Shown here piece by piece: positions 63,646 to 64,000 of a stretch of 64,000 nucleotides of DNA. The first letter of the stretch is position 1. Each line of letters starts with the position of its first letter. The stretch is from Mobula hypostoma (taxonomy: Eukaryota). Both the position numbers and the translations under genes were made by a program. Location of the stretch: the NCBI RefSeq assembly GCF_963921235.1, contig NC_086108.1, forward strand, positions 92,196,001 to 92,260,000, read 5' to 3'. Under the pieces are notes generated by a model. That model was not told the origin of the DNA and did not search any database. It saw only the letters and a list, made by a program, of their open reading frames with translations.

Positions 63646-63731
63646 CGACCTCAGGTCAGACGTGGTGACCCGCTGAACTTAAGCATATTACTAAGCAGAG
63701 GAAAAGAAGCTAACGAGGATTCCTTCAGTAA
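63646..63731 (+). rRNA. 28S rRNA 5'-terminal fragment (pseudogenic), preceded by GC-rich ITS2-like sequence
   Basis: cgacctcaggtcagacgtggtgacccgctgaacttaagcatattactaagcagaggaaaagaagctaacgaggattccttcagtaa matches the conserved eukaryotic LSU start (ITS4/LR0R primer region); similarity stops abruptly. Confidence 0.9.
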
Positions 63732-64000
63732 TCTGTGCCTATACAATATATTACTTTATTAAAATTTCACTTGCTACTCATTTAATACTTCTGTTTCATT
63801 ATTATCTAACTTGTACTGATTTACATGAGTCACCTCTTTCTCCCTTATTAGGAGAGAGAGAGCCTACAGCATGTCGAACTATCGGGTGAACAATGTAGTC
63901 TTTGGGGTAACTGCAAGTCTGTGTCTTTGCTATTGCTTTTCTCACACTTGAGTGCTGGTAGTGAGTGTGTTTTATTTGTGGCCAGTGGGGAGGGGGGATT

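Overview
Repeat-dense eukaryotic DNA with no intact long host CDS; it is intronic or intergenic. The repeat set (HE1/V-type tRNA SINEs, CR1 with an SGNH-esterase ORF1, Rex1/Babar, Penelope-like and Tc1 elements) suggests a cartilaginous fish, probably a ray; this is inference. Most ORF-track entries are transposon debris or antisense noise. Main observations: (1) a 426-bp TSD-flanked RTE-type element at 25760-26185 carries what looks like an in-frame captured piece of the host gene ZFTRAF1/CYHR1; (2) ten or more Penelope terminal repeats have a consensus that rebuilds a minimal hammerhead ribozyme, some in inverted pairs; (3) an isolated ITS2-like/28S rRNA junction fragment lies at about 63.5-63.7 kb; (4) several non-autonomous, internally deleted LINE derivatives are present; (5) a chain of small, well-bounded candidate exons on the minus strand suggests a long-intron transcript. 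All family calls come from motifs recognised by eye, no searches were run, and element boundaries are approximate unless a TSD or TIR is quoted.
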